Below are positions 16,060 through 25,831 of a stretch of 32,000 nt of DNA, in pieces (within the stretch, counting starts at the first letter, position 1; every line of letters begins with the position of its first letter). A program made the translations under genes and the position numbers. Under the pieces are notes generated by a model. That model did not search any database, was not told the origin of the DNA, and saw only the letters and a list, made by a program, of their open reading frames with translations. Origin of the DNA: Saprospiraceae bacterium (GTDB lineage Bacteria; Bacteroidota; Bacteroidia; Chitinophagales; Saprospiraceae); assembly GCA_027488135.1 (NCBI GenBank), contig JAIYCH010000092.1:1680-33679 (forward strand), in the 5' to 3' direction.

Positions 16060-18606
16060 ATGAAAATTAACCATACTTCTTTACGCTTTAGTTTACTCTT
16101 CGCCTTAGTTGCCTTGAGTACAACCTTTTTGTCAGGTCAAATTTCAAACGACTCTACACCAACGTTTGATTACTCAAAACCGGGTGAATTCGAAATAGGT
16201 GCTATTTCTGTAACCGGCGCTGAATTTAGTGATGACAATGCAATCATCAGTATTTCCGGCCTTGTTGTTGGAGATAAAGTGAGAATCCCCGGAGCAAAAA
16301 TTCCCAGGGCTATCAAAAACCTGTGGAACTTGCGACTCTTTACTGATGTGCGTATCATCAAATCCAAAAATATTGGAGATGTCGTTTTTCTTGAAATCAT
16401 TGTGGTCGAGCGACCCCGATTAAGTACTCACTCTTTCACAGGCATTGGAAAAAGTCAGCACGAATCACTAAATGAAGTAGTCAACAAATTTTTGGTGAAA
16501 GGTGGGATTATTACAGATAATATCAAAGTTAATGCCGCTGAAGGACTGGAAAGACACTTTGCTGATAAAGGATTTTTTGATTCTAAAGTAACCGTCACAG
16601 AGGTGAAAGATACCGCCAGAGTCAATTCTGTGAACTTGGTTTTCGATGTAGCCCGAGGAGAAAAAATCAGAATTGAAGAAATTGTCCTAGATGGAAATAT
16701 TGAGGTTCCCAATAAGAAACTTCTTAAAAAATTATCGAAAACCAAAGAAAGAAAGAAATTACTCGCTGCTTCTAAGTTAGTGCAAAAAGAGTATAAAGAA
16801 GATAAGAAAAAGTTAATAGATTACTATAACACCATTGGTTACAGAGATGCGAGGATTTTAAAGGATAGTGTCTGGCGTGATGCAGAAGGATATTTAAGGA
16901 TAAAGCTTTTTCTGAACGAAGGAAAGAGATATTATTTTAGAAATTTAACCTGGAAAGGAAACTCTATTTATGATGATAAAACCCTGACCTCTGTTTTAGG
17001 TATCGATAAAGGGGCTGTTTACAATCAGGAATTGTTAGATAACAGACTTAAATTTAGTCAGGATGGTAGAGATGTTAGTTCTCTTTATATGGATTTTGGT
17101 TATTTATTTTTTCAGGTAGATCCTGTAGAAGTTGCCATTATTGGAGATTCCATTGATATTGAATTAAGAATTTTTGAGGGCCCCCAGGCAAATATTGACA
17201 AGGTAGTCATTGCTGGAAATGACCGTACACACGAACATGTCATTCGTCGGGAATTAAGAACATTACCAGCTGAAAAATTTAGCCGTTCTGATATCATTCG
17301 CTCTCAAAGAGAGATTACGAACCTGAACTATTTCAATCCTGAAAATATGGGTATCAATACCCCGGTAAATCCTGACAGAGGTACGGTAGATATTGAATAT
17401 AAAGTGGAAGAAAAACCCTCCGATCAGCTTGAGTTATCCGCCGGATGGGGTGGTTTCAACCGGGTTATCGGTACTTTAGGCGTTTCATTCAATAATTTCT
17501 CTATGAGGAATATATTTAATAAAGAAGCCTGGAAGCCTCTACCAATGGGTGATGGTCAGAGATTAAGCCTTAGAGCACAGACAAACGGTGATTTTTACCA
17601 GTCTTATAACCTGTCTCTTTCAGAACCCTGGTTAGGAGGAAGGAAACCAAATTCATTCACTATTGGAGGCTTCTACAATCGCTTTGCTTATGGGCAGCGG
17701 GGAACAAGCACCTATCAGAGTTTAAATATTAAACAGGGTTCCGTTAGTTTTGGTACCCGTTTAAAATGGCCCGATGATAACTTTGTTGCCAGCACAGCGC
17801 TTAATATTCAAACATTGACTTTGCAAAACTGGCAGGGCTTCCAAACTGATAAAGGGGAGGCAGTGAATATTGGAAATTTCAACAATTTCTCTCTACGCCA
17901 AATCGTTTCCCGAAGCTCTATAAATGATCCGTTGTTTCCAAAGCAAGGTTCAAATATTTCTCTTTCCGTCCAGTTTACATTGCCTTATTCTCTTTTTCAA
18001 CCTAATAAGGATTACACGGACCTGCCTGTTGCTGAAAAATTCCGCTATCTCGAATATAACAAATGGCGCTTTGATGCTGAATGGTACACGACGCTTACTG
18101 GCAAGTTAGTGTTAAAAGCTGCGGCAAAAATTGGTATTCTGGGATCATATAATAAAAATATCGGTGCCCCTCCTTTTGAAAGATTCCAATTAGGTGGTGA
18201 TGGTATCAATAACCAACAATTTGGATTTCAAGGGGTTGATATCATCTCTATGAGAGGCTACGAAATCAATCAATTGGAGGCTAATATTAGCCCGGGTACA
18301 ACAACAGGAACAGCAGCGACACCCATTTTCGATAAATTTACCATTGAACTTCGTTACCCGGTTTCATTGAATCCAAGTAGTACGATTTACGTACTTGCCT
18401 TTGGACAAGGTGGAAATTCCTGGCGTTCCATTAGAGATTTCAATCCTTTTGATATGAAAAGATCGGTTGGATTCGGACTTCGTGTTTTCTTGCCGATGTT
18501 CGGAACTTTAGGTTTTGATTATGGCCTTGGTTTTGATAAGGCTAATGCAAAAGGACTCCGTGAATACGGTGATTTCAATATTATATTAGGTTTCGAACCT
18601 GAATAA
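16060..18606 (+). CDS. bamA: Outer membrane protein assembly factor BamA (POTRA repeats plus Omp85 barrel)
   Basis: 848 aa with a signal peptide, repeated POTRA-like modules, and a C-terminal barrel containing QLGGDG...SMRGYE. The position directly downstream of uppS is, as far as I recall, a common arrangement in Bacteroidota. Confidence 0.9.
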   Translation: MKINHTSLRFSLLFALVALSTTFLSGQISNDSTPTFDYSKPGEFEIGAISVTGAEFSDDNAIISISGLVVGDKVRIPGAKIPRAIKNLWNLRLFTDVRIIKSKNIGDVVFLEIIVVERPRLSTHSFTGIGKSQHESLNEVVNKFLVKGGIITDNIKVNAAEGLERHFADKGFFDSKVTVTEVKDTARVNSVNLVFDVARGEKIRIEEIVLDGNIEVPNKKLLKKLSKTKERKKLLAASKLVQKEYKEDKKKLIDYYNTIGYRDARILKDSVWRDAEGYLRIKLFLNEGKRYYFRNLTWKGNSIYDDKTLTSVLGIDKGAVYNQELLDNRLKFSQDGRDVSSLYMDFGYLFFQVDPVEVAIIGDSIDIELRIFEGPQANIDKVVIAGNDRTHEHVIRRELRTLPAEKFSRSDIIRSQREITNLNYFNPENMGINTPVNPDRGTVDIEYKVEEKPSDQLELSAGWGGFNRVIGTLGVSFNNFSMRNIFNKEAWKPLPMGDGQRLSLRAQTNGDFYQSYNLSLSEPWLGGRKPNSFTIGGFYNRFAYGQRGTSTYQSLNIKQGSVSFGTRLKWPDDNFVASTALNIQTLTLQNWQGFQTDKGEAVNIGNFNNFSLRQIVSRSSINDPLFPKQGSNISLSVQFTLPYSLFQPNKDYTDLPVAEKFRYLEYNKWRFDAEWYTTLTGKLVLKAAAKIGILGSYNKNIGAPPFERFQLGGDGINNQQFGFQGVDIISMRGYEINQLEANISPGTTTGTAATPIFDKFTIELRYPVSLNPSSTIYVLAFGQGGNSWRSIRDFNPFDMKRSVGFGLRVFLPMFGTLGFDYGLGFDKANAKGLREYGDFNIILGFEPE

Positions 18607-18633
18607 ATACTACCCATTTTATTAGTTAAGAAA

Positions 18634-18665
18634 AGAGGCTGTCTAAAAAGATAGCCTCTTTTTTT
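18634..18665. terminator. Bidirectional intrinsic terminator between the convergent bamA and rsgA genes
   Basis: agaggctgtc (18634-18643) pairs with gatagcctct (18650-18659) over 10 bp with one G-U pair. The loop is 6 nt. An A-run precedes it and tttttt (18660-18665) follows. Confidence 0.7.
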
Positions 18666-19617
18666 AGTACCCCTTCTGTCTTTCCCAATAATTTTGCTCT
18701 TCTATTTCAGCAAGAATCATAAGATAGCTTTGATACCTTGACTCACTAACTATTGTTTTTTCCAAGCCTTCTTTTACGGCGCAATTCGGTTCGTTTTTGT
18801 GTAAACATTTTCCGCCAAACCTGCACAGTTTTGATAATTCAAAAAACTCCCGAAAATTATGAGCAACCTCTTCTTGTGAAAGGTAGTTAAAACCTAATGT
18901 TTTAATTCCAGGTGTATCGATAATATACCCTCCCCTAGAATATGGAAACATTTCTGCAAAAGTAGTAGTGTGCTGTCCTTTCCCTGAATAATCGGAAATA
19001 ATGCCCGTTTTTCGTACGTTGGAAGGATCTAACCTATTCAACAGACTTGACTTTCCGACCCCTGATTGTCCCCCAATAAGGGAAATTTTATTCGTTAACT
19101 TATCTGATAATACGTCCAGACCGAGACCAGTTTCAGCACTTAACAATAAACAATCATATCCGATTTTTTCATACATATTCCGGAGATTATTAAAAATCTC
19201 CATATCCCCGTCGTTGTAAAGATCTGCTTTGTTAAAAACAATCAATGTGGAGATATTATAAGGTTCCGTCATTAACAAAAACCTGTCAATAAACCCTTGT
19301 TTTAATTTAGGTCGTACCATGGTAATCACTACAACGGCCTGATCTACGTTACTGGCAAGAAGATGTACTTCATGTTTATTTCGGGGGGATTGTCTAACTA
19401 CATAATTTTTCCGGGGGAAAATTTCTTTGATGGTACCTTTACCTATTTCATTATCTGGAATAATCAATACCTGATCTCCAACGGCAATAGGATTAGTGGT
19501 TGGCAAGCCATCCAGTCTAAATTTCCCTGACATCCGACATTCTATAATAGATAAATCTTCCTTCTCTACGACATACCAACTACCTGTTGATTTCAAAACC
19601 ACCCCTTTTTCAGACAT
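18664..19617 (-). CDS. rsgA: Ribosome small-subunit-dependent GTPase A
   Basis: N-terminal OB-fold region, circularly permuted GTPase motifs (NKADL ... GQSGVGKSSLLNRL) and a C-terminal zinc knuckle CRFGGKCLHKNEPNCAV. Confidence 0.9.
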   Translation of the reverse strand: MSEKGVVLKSTGSWYVVEKEDLSIIECRMSGKFRLDGLPTTNPIAVGDQVLIIPDNEIGKGTIKEIFPRKNYVVRQSPRNKHEVHLLASNVDQAVVVITMVRPKLKQGFIDRFLLMTEPYNISTLIVFNKADLYNDGDMEIFNNLRNMYEKIGYDCLLLSAETGLGLDVLSDKLTNKISLIGGQSGVGKSSLLNRLDPSNVRKTGIISDYSGKGQHTTTFAEMFPYSRGGYIIDTPGIKTLGFNYLSQEEVAHNFREFFELSKLCRFGGKCLHKNEPNCAVKEGLEKTIVSESRYQSYLMILAEIEEQNYWERQKGY

Positions 19618-19627
19618 TTATATACAT

Positions 19628-20404
19628 TTAAATACTTTGACGGACCTTAATTTTTCCAGCACAAACGGCTGACATTTCTCTCAAAAGAGATGGATTTTTC
19701 TCTAAAACATTCCCAACAACCACAATATCGGCACCTGCATTAAAATGTAAGGCTACTTGTTCTGCACTTCTCACACCACCACCAACAATAAGAGGACCTG
19801 AAATAAGACTTCTGACTTGTTTAATCATTTCACCGGAAACGGGATTTTTTGCTCCCGATCCTGCATCTAAATAAAATAATTTCAACCCTAACATTTCTCC
19901 AGCTAAAGCTGTATGAGCGGCAATACCTGGTTTATCAGCAGGAATCGGCGCAGTATTACTCATATAAGAAGCGGTATTCGGTTTTCCCCCATCGATTAAA
20001 AGATAAGCCGTAGCTATTGATTCTAATCCTGATTCTTTAATATAAGGTGCGGCAACTACTTGTTGGCCGATTAAAAACTCAGGATTTCTACCAGAAATCA
20101 AAGAGAGAAATAAAATAGCATCGGCTAAAGCATTCACTTGAAAATAGTGCCCGGGAAAAAGGATGAGCGGTAAATCTGTATTTTCCTTTAAATAGCGAAG
20201 ACAAGTATCCATCCTATCCTTTTGAATAAAACTACCTCCTATAAAAACATACCCAATACCAGGTAATTGAAGTTGTTCCGTTATAGAAAAAAGATTATCA
20301 GGATCGATTCCATCAGGATCAATCAAAACAGCTAATTTTTTTTTGCCGAGGGCCTGACACGAAGTCATTTCCGCAAATATGGAGGGCGGGCGATTTGGTT
20401 TCAT
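19628..20404 (-). CDS. Geranylgeranylglyceryl/heptaprenylglyceryl phosphate synthase family protein (PcrB/GGGPS)
   Basis: Family pattern LAVLIDPD, FIGGS, LFPG, SLISGRNPEFLIG, FYLDAGSGAKNPV, and IVGGGVRS...GADIVVVGN. The start is uncertain. I prefer Met16 (MKPNRPP, 20404) over the track start at 20449. Confidence 0.8.
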   Translation of the reverse strand: MKPNRPPSIFAEMTSCQALGKKKLAVLIDPDGIDPDNLFSITEQLQLPGIGYVFIGGSFIQKDRMDTCLRYLKENTDLPLILFPGHYFQVNALADAILFLSLISGRNPEFLIGQQVVAAPYIKESGLESIATAYLLIDGGKPNTASYMSNTAPIPADKPGIAAHTALAGEMLGLKLFYLDAGSGAKNPVSGEMIKQVRSLISGPLIVGGGVRSAEQVALHFNAGADIVVVGNVLEKNPSLLREMSAVCAGKIKVRQSI

Positions 20405-20449
20405 CTGATTGGCTCCTAAATCTTTAAATATACAATCAAAGATAAGCAA

Positions 20450-21007
20450 TCAAAAACCATCTTTCGATTTATTTTTCACCTCCATGCTTCCATCAATCGC
20501 TCTCATTTGAATTTGATTAAAGGATTGATCCGCGTTAAAGCCTTGACTAAAAACCGTATCTTTCGGAGTGGCTATAACCACAAATTTATTGGTATATAAG
20601 TTTTGAGTTTCCTCATTCCATGTCAACTCGGGTGACTCCATTACTTCCTTATTAACACTCATCCAGCGAACATTTTTTTTTAAAAAAGTTTTCTTTTTTG
20701 ATTGATATCTTGCTGCATAATCTGCGGTAAGTGTACTTGTTATTTTACCTTGTGGGTTAAAAAAGTCAATATGAATACCTTCCGAAAATTCTTGAAATGG
20801 GTCACTTGCCTGTAGATGAAAAATTAATACAGGCGCCTTTATTCTAATTCTAACTACAGCAGAGTCAGAATATAATATTTCGACGTCTTTTGTTTTTTCA
20901 ATTTTTAAATCACTTTCAGAAAAAGTTACCAACTCTTCTGCTTTGTCACAACTAGAAAACACAATGAAAACCAAAAAAAATAAACCCGGATAATTGATAA
21001 GCCTCAT
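20450..21007 (-). CDS. lptC: LptC-like periplasmic LPS-export lipoprotein
   Basis: 185 aa with a lipoprotein signal (FIVFSSCDK). The pattern EILYSDSAVVRIRIKAPVL ... FQEFSEGIHIDFFNPQGKITSTLTADYA matches my recollection of Bacteroidota LptC. Not verified by search. Confidence 0.55.
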   Translation of the reverse strand: MRLINYPGLFFLVFIVFSSCDKAEELVTFSESDLKIEKTKDVEILYSDSAVVRIRIKAPVLIFHLQASDPFQEFSEGIHIDFFNPQGKITSTLTADYAARYQSKKKTFLKKNVRWMSVNKEVMESPELTWNEETQNLYTNKFVVIATPKDTVFSQGFNADQSFNQIQMRAIDGSMEVKNKSKDGF

Positions 21008-21009
21008 TT

Positions 21010-24000
21010 TTAACGCATTAAATGTACATTTCCCGAAAAAGATAAAGCAGTATCATCTATGAATAAAATGGTGAAAGTATATAAATAGACCCCTGTATTT
21101 AAAGCGGCGCCTTTTGCATCGGTGCCGTTCCAACCACTGGTTTCGTCGTTAATTTTTATATTTTCCACCTTGTAAATAATACCTCCATAACGATCATAAA
21201 TGGTTAAATCCTTTACAAGTTTTGCTGATTCATTGGCAAATGCCGTAAAAAAATCATTTACACCGTCATTATTTGGAGAAAAAGCACTGGGAATAAAGAC
21301 CGGTCTGTTTTTCGCTACCTCGATGCTAATATCATCTTCTGCTACACAACCATCTGGATTAGTAACCTGTACCTTATAAGTAATTTGACTATTAACTCTT
21401 TCTTTAGTTCTCGTGCTCGAACAGGTACTACAAACGACAAGGTCCTGGGGTATCCATTTATAAAGAACCGGGCTCTGGTTAGCCATGGATGTCAATTGAA
21501 AATAAGTACCCAAATTGACTAAGGTATCAAGACCTGCAAAAACGGTTAATTTACCCGGTTGTTTAACGGTAACCTTTTGCTGAACGGTGCATCCTAAAAC
21601 ATCAGAAATACGCAAAATATAATCTCCCGCAGCCAGATTTTTAAAATTATTTTGGGTTTGAAAAGATCCGACATCGATGGCATAAGAATATGGAGGCGTT
21701 CCACCGGAACCAATAGAAGCGATACTTCCCGCCTTAAATCCAAAACATAGATTATCAATTACCTGAATGGTGCCAATTTGAAGGGAAGTCGGTTCAAAAA
21801 TCTGTTGGAATGTATCCAATTTGCAACCATTTCTATCAAAAATGGTCAGACCATAATTCCCTACGCCTAAATCTTTAATGAATGGCTCTCTTTCACCACT
21901 TTGCCATCTGAACACGTAATTACCATTTCCACCCAGGCCATTTGCTTGTATAGATCCATCTTTCAACCCGTTACAACTAACATTTACGGGAGATAGATTT
22001 ACGCTCAACGGAGGAAAATCATTCACTGAAAAAGAAAAATTTCCCAAACATTTATTTTTATCCCTTACCTGAACCTCATATTTTCCCGCTTTAATATTAG
22101 CCAGGGAATTGGCAGACTGAAAACCTTTACTATTCTTCCAGTCATATTCAAAGGGTGCGCTGCCATTATCGATATTCACTTCAATTTTACCGTCGGAAAA
22201 ACCAAAACATCGGGGTGGAACAATAGATTCTACGGAAGGATCTAAAATGAGTTCCAATTCTTTTAAATTAAGGGTGGTATCAAAAAGGCATTGATTCGCG
22301 TCTTTTATCTGAATTTTGTAATTTCCTACGGGTAATGCGGAAAGTAAATTTTGAGTATTAAAACTGGCATTATTCCAGCTATATTGGTAAGGAGCCGTTG
22401 CGCCTGCCACTTTAAGACGAATGGAACCATCTAAACCACCGTTACAAGTTGGCATTTTCAATTCAGGGACAATGTCTATTTTCTTTGGACTATTCACAAA
22501 AAAAGCTAAGGAAGTAGAGCAGGTAGTTTTATCAACAACAGTTACGGTATAATTACCCGTAGCCAATCCTGATCTTGAACCATCCGTTTTACCGTCGTTC
22601 CAACGGTAAACATAAGGACTGTAATCGTTTGAAATGTCTAAATCAATTTTACCGGTCTCTGTATTCGGACAGGCAATATCTGACACCCGGGTATTTGTTT
22701 TAAAATGATCATTACAGCAATTTATTTTAATATCAATCACTTTGCTGACACTGCAACCTTCCGCACTCGTTACCCTCAGTAACACGGGGGTAGTTCCAGG
22801 CTGATCAAAAACAACAGAATGAGGGCCCTTTCCTAAATTATTTTGTATTCTGGCAGCGGGGCCAAAGGACCAGTTCCATGTTCTTATAGATCCCGGTGTT
22901 GTGGAATTATCGCTAAAAACAATAGGACTTCCTACACAAGCCTCAGAAACATCGGTAACGAAATTTACCTGCGGACCTTTGAATTTGCTTGTTCCACCAA
23001 ACTTCAATTCATAACCAAATCCTGTTTGACTGTAATTGATGATAACTAAAGCATAAGATTTTCCCACTTCCATTACCGCCGGCTTAACGAAGCTATTTGC
23101 GCCATTATTACACCCACAGTTTTCAATTTCATCTGGTTCACCTTCCCTCAGACCTGTTGCACCAGTGCAGGCAATCCATCTGTTTATTGGCTCACTAACA
23201 TTCTCACCTACAATACTATACCTCAACATTTTCTTATTGCTACAATTATTTAACGCAGTCAATTCATATAAAACCCAATCCAGATCATCACTCGGGTTAC
23301 TTGGTGTTATAGTGAAAGTCAGCGAACCAGCAGTTTGTATAGTCCATTTATACCAGGTAGATTGTTCCTCAATAACGGGAGCTCTTCCTCCCAAATTATC
23401 CGTACAAAAGGCATCATTAATATTATCTAAAACAGTCCCCCGATCTCTGACCGAACTAACGGTAAATGGCCTGTCGTCACACAAAATGACGGCTGATTGA
23501 CAATCCCCTGAGGGAGAACCCGCTGAGGTATAACTATTAACACATAATTTAAAAGTCCCACTATTTGTCCCTCTGGCACTTACCCGCACATAATATTTTT
23601 GTCCAACTACCATGCTGCTCGACAAAATCTGAACCACGTTATTAGAAGGTGCCGTATTATCAGAAATACAGGCTACCTGCGTTAACACTCCACAAGTACC
23701 TCTATAAATGGCCATTTGTGGCGATCTCAGACTTCCCCCTTTTCCAAGCCGGGTATCTCCAACGACCTGAATACTAATATTAGTTCCCCGTGATGTAAAT
23801 ATAAACCATACATCCCGCTGTGTCTCCTGGGGAAAACAGGTAGCCGGCGCAACACCCTCATCTACAGCGCCCACAGTGGTGAAAGCTGCTGAATCAGAAC
23901 ACCAATTATCAAGATTTGTAAGTATTTTTGCCTCATCACACTTATCATGAGGTACGCTCCCAAAGGAAAAACGTACTAAAGCCTGAAAAAAAATTAGCGC

Positions 24001-24018
24001 AAATATTCTGGTCATCAT
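21010..24018 (-). CDS. Large secreted surface protein: N-terminal domains, PKD-like domain, five SprB-type repeats, and a T9SS type-B (gliding-motility-associated) C-terminal sorting domain
   Basis: Signal peptide MMTRIFALIFFQALVRFSFG. PKD-like WNWSFGP block around aa 346-432. Repeats follow the form C.G..DGSI......G..PY.Y.W. The C-terminal VFIPSAFSPNNDGVNDFFT is the signature of the TIGR04131-type CTD. Confidence 0.85.
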   Translation of the reverse strand: MMTRIFALIFFQALVRFSFGSVPHDKCDEAKILTNLDNWCSDSAAFTTVGAVDEGVAPATCFPQETQRDVWFIFTSRGTNISIQVVGDTRLGKGGSLRSPQMAIYRGTCGVLTQVACISDNTAPSNNVVQILSSSMVVGQKYYVRVSARGTNSGTFKLCVNSYTSAGSPSGDCQSAVILCDDRPFTVSSVRDRGTVLDNINDAFCTDNLGGRAPVIEEQSTWYKWTIQTAGSLTFTITPSNPSDDLDWVLYELTALNNCSNKKMLRYSIVGENVSEPINRWIACTGATGLREGEPDEIENCGCNNGANSFVKPAVMEVGKSYALVIINYSQTGFGYELKFGGTSKFKGPQVNFVTDVSEACVGSPIVFSDNSTTPGSIRTWNWSFGPAARIQNNLGKGPHSVVFDQPGTTPVLLRVTSAEGCSVSKVIDIKINCCNDHFKTNTRVSDIACPNTETGKIDLDISNDYSPYVYRWNDGKTDGSRSGLATGNYTVTVVDKTTCSTSLAFFVNSPKKIDIVPELKMPTCNGGLDGSIRLKVAGATAPYQYSWNNASFNTQNLLSALPVGNYKIQIKDANQCLFDTTLNLKELELILDPSVESIVPPRCFGFSDGKIEVNIDNGSAPFEYDWKNSKGFQSANSLANIKAGKYEVQVRDKNKCLGNFSFSVNDFPPLSVNLSPVNVSCNGLKDGSIQANGLGGNGNYVFRWQSGEREPFIKDLGVGNYGLTIFDRNGCKLDTFQQIFEPTSLQIGTIQVIDNLCFGFKAGSIASIGSGGTPPYSYAIDVGSFQTQNNFKNLAAGDYILRISDVLGCTVQQKVTVKQPGKLTVFAGLDTLVNLGTYFQLTSMANQSPVLYKWIPQDLVVCSTCSSTRTKERVNSQITYKVQVTNPDGCVAEDDISIEVAKNRPVFIPSAFSPNNDGVNDFFTAFANESAKLVKDLTIYDRYGGIIYKVENIKINDETSGWNGTDAKGAALNTGVYLYTFTILFIDDTALSFSGNVHLMR
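21559..22692 (-). repeat. Five tandem ~75-aa SprB-type repeats inside the coding sequence (aa ~443-820)
   Basis: Repeat cores are IACPNTETGKIDLDISNDYSPYVYRWNDG, PTCNGGLDGSIRLKVAGATAPYQYSWNN, PRCFGFSDGKIEVNIDNGSAPFEYDWKN, VSCNGLKDGSIQANGLGGNGNYVFRWQSG and NLCFGFKAGSIASIGSGGTPPYSYAID. Each is followed by a GNY/GKY/GDY ... C segment. Confidence 0.7.
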
Positions 24019-24174
24019 TTAATGATTATAATATCCTATTAAACGTAAAATTAACATATTAGGTGTATTTTCTCTAACAAACTTAAGGTCTGCTTTCCTT
24101 CATTTTCCACTCATTTTAATCAAATAGCGTTATATTTACTTCTTAATGCCCTGGCTCATCAAAATTCATCTATA

Positions 24175-24888
24175 ATGAAGACGCATATTCCCAATGTAAT
24201 CACTTTATTAAATCTGCTTTTTGGTGTTTTCGCTTCCCTTTCCTTGCTCTATGGCCAATTGGAATTAGCTCTCTTGTGGATTGGATTAGCAGCATTGGCA
24301 GATTTTTTAGATGGATTCGTTGCCAGATGGCTAAATGTTCAATCTCCTTTAGGAAAAGAACTGGATAGCCTGGCAGACATGGTTTCCTTCGGATTCGTAC
24401 CCGGAATTATTTTCTATGGCCTGATAGTCCAAAATCAAACGGGATCCTGGCCAGATGCATGGCATTGGACAGGAATGCCGGCTTTTGCTATTACCCTTTC
24501 TGCCGGACTACGATTGGGTCGATTTAACATAGATATTCGTCAAAATACTGACTTTATTGGCTTACCAACGCCTGCATGCACCCTTTTTGCCGTTGGCCTC
24601 CTTCTCATTCATTTGTTTTACAAAGAATCATTCCTCCATAACCTGCTTGATATTAAATTATTAATTGGATATATCGTTGCCCTTAGCTTGCTCATGCAGG
24701 TAAATCTGCCGATGTTCAGTTTAAAGATAAAAGGGGGCTGGAAAAATAACCAACTTAAAATTATTTTTGCTGTTTTTTGTGCAATAGTGTTAATTTGGCA
24801 GCCTAAACTGGCACCATTAACCTGGATAACCAGTTATATTCTAATGTCTTTATTTATTCATTTCTATACTTCAAAAAAAATAATATGA
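24175..24888 (+). CDS. pssA: CDP-diacylglycerol--serine O-phosphatidyltransferase (CDP-alcohol phosphatidyltransferase family)
   Basis: The CDP-alcohol motif DFLDGFVARWLNVQSPLGKELDSLADMVSFG is present, in a polytopic membrane protein of 237 aa. Confidence 0.85.
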   Translation: MKTHIPNVITLLNLLFGVFASLSLLYGQLELALLWIGLAALADFLDGFVARWLNVQSPLGKELDSLADMVSFGFVPGIIFYGLIVQNQTGSWPDAWHWTGMPAFAITLSAGLRLGRFNIDIRQNTDFIGLPTPACTLFAVGLLLIHLFYKESFLHNLLDIKLLIGYIVALSLLMQVNLPMFSLKIKGGWKNNQLKIIFAVFCAIVLIWQPKLAPLTWITSYILMSLFIHFYTSKKII

Positions 24889-25139
24889 AATTTTTGGCGG
24901 AAATTGACATCATGCCTCATAAGGAACTACTTGATCCTCAGGGCAAGACCGTGGCAAAAAATCTTCACCATATCCCTGTAGAGGGTATATTAGATATCAG
25001 GGTTGGGAAGCACATTCAAGTGCAATTAGAGGCGGAAGATGAATCTGAAGCAAATGAAAAAATCAATTTGGCATGTAAAAAATTACTGGCTAATCTGATC
25101 ATGGAAAATTATACATTCCACATCAAGGAGATAGATTAA
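24885..25139 (+). CDS. purS: Phosphoribosylformylglycinamidine synthase subunit PurS
   Basis: 84 aa with LLDPQGKTVAKNL and IRVGKHIQVQLEA, as in PurS. The ATGA overlaps the pssA stop. Confidence 0.8.
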   Translation: MKFLAEIDIMPHKELLDPQGKTVAKNLHHIPVEGILDIRVGKHIQVQLEAEDESEANEKINLACKKLLANLIMENYTFHIKEID

Positions 25140-25148
25140 TCGGTACCT

Positions 25149-25820
25149 ATGCTATATCTGGTGCCTACGCCCATTGGAAATCTGGAGGACATTACCTTAC
25201 GTGCCATTCGCACACTAAAGGAATGTAATTATATTTTAGCGGAAGATACACGGACATCGAGGAAATTGCTTGATCATCATGGGATTTCCACCCAGTTACG
25301 TCCGTTTCATGCCTTTAATGAACATCATGTAACGGAAAATATAGTAAAAGAATTAATTTCTGGCATCTCCATTTCTCTTATTTCTGATGCAGGCACTCCG
25401 GGTATATCCGATCCTGGATTCCTATTGGTTCGGGCCTGTGTCCGTGCTGGTGTTGAAGTAACCTGTCTTCCTGGTGCAACAGCCATTATACCTGCGTTAG
25501 CGGCTTCTGGATTACCGACGGATAGTTTTCATTATGAAGGATTTTTACCGCATAAAAAAGGGAGGCAAACCAGATTAAAATATATTGAGCAACTCCCGGA
25601 AACCTCCGTCATTTACGAATCCCCACACCGATTGGTAAAGCTAATAGACGAACTTTCAACTATTTGCGGACCTGACAGGAATGCTTGTGTTTGCAGGGAG
25701 TTATCGAAACTACATGAAACATTTCACAGAGGTTCCCTTGTTGAACTCCAGGCATACTTTAAGGAGCATCCCGGTCAGGTTCGTGGCGAAATAGTTTTTC
25801 TGCTTGCAGGAAAAAGTTAA
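25149..25820 (+). CDS. rsmI: 16S rRNA (cytidine1402-2'-O)-methyltransferase
   Basis: Motifs LYLVPTPIGNLEDITLRAIRTLKE, SDAGTPGISDPG and YESPHRL. Confidence 0.9.
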   Translation: MLYLVPTPIGNLEDITLRAIRTLKECNYILAEDTRTSRKLLDHHGISTQLRPFHAFNEHHVTENIVKELISGISISLISDAGTPGISDPGFLLVRACVRAGVEVTCLPGATAIIPALAASGLPTDSFHYEGFLPHKKGRQTRLKYIEQLPETSVIYESPHRLVKLIDELSTICGPDRNACVCRELSKLHETFHRGSLVELQAYFKEHPGQVRGEIVFLLAGKS

Positions 25821-25831
25821 CCGGCCTGGTT

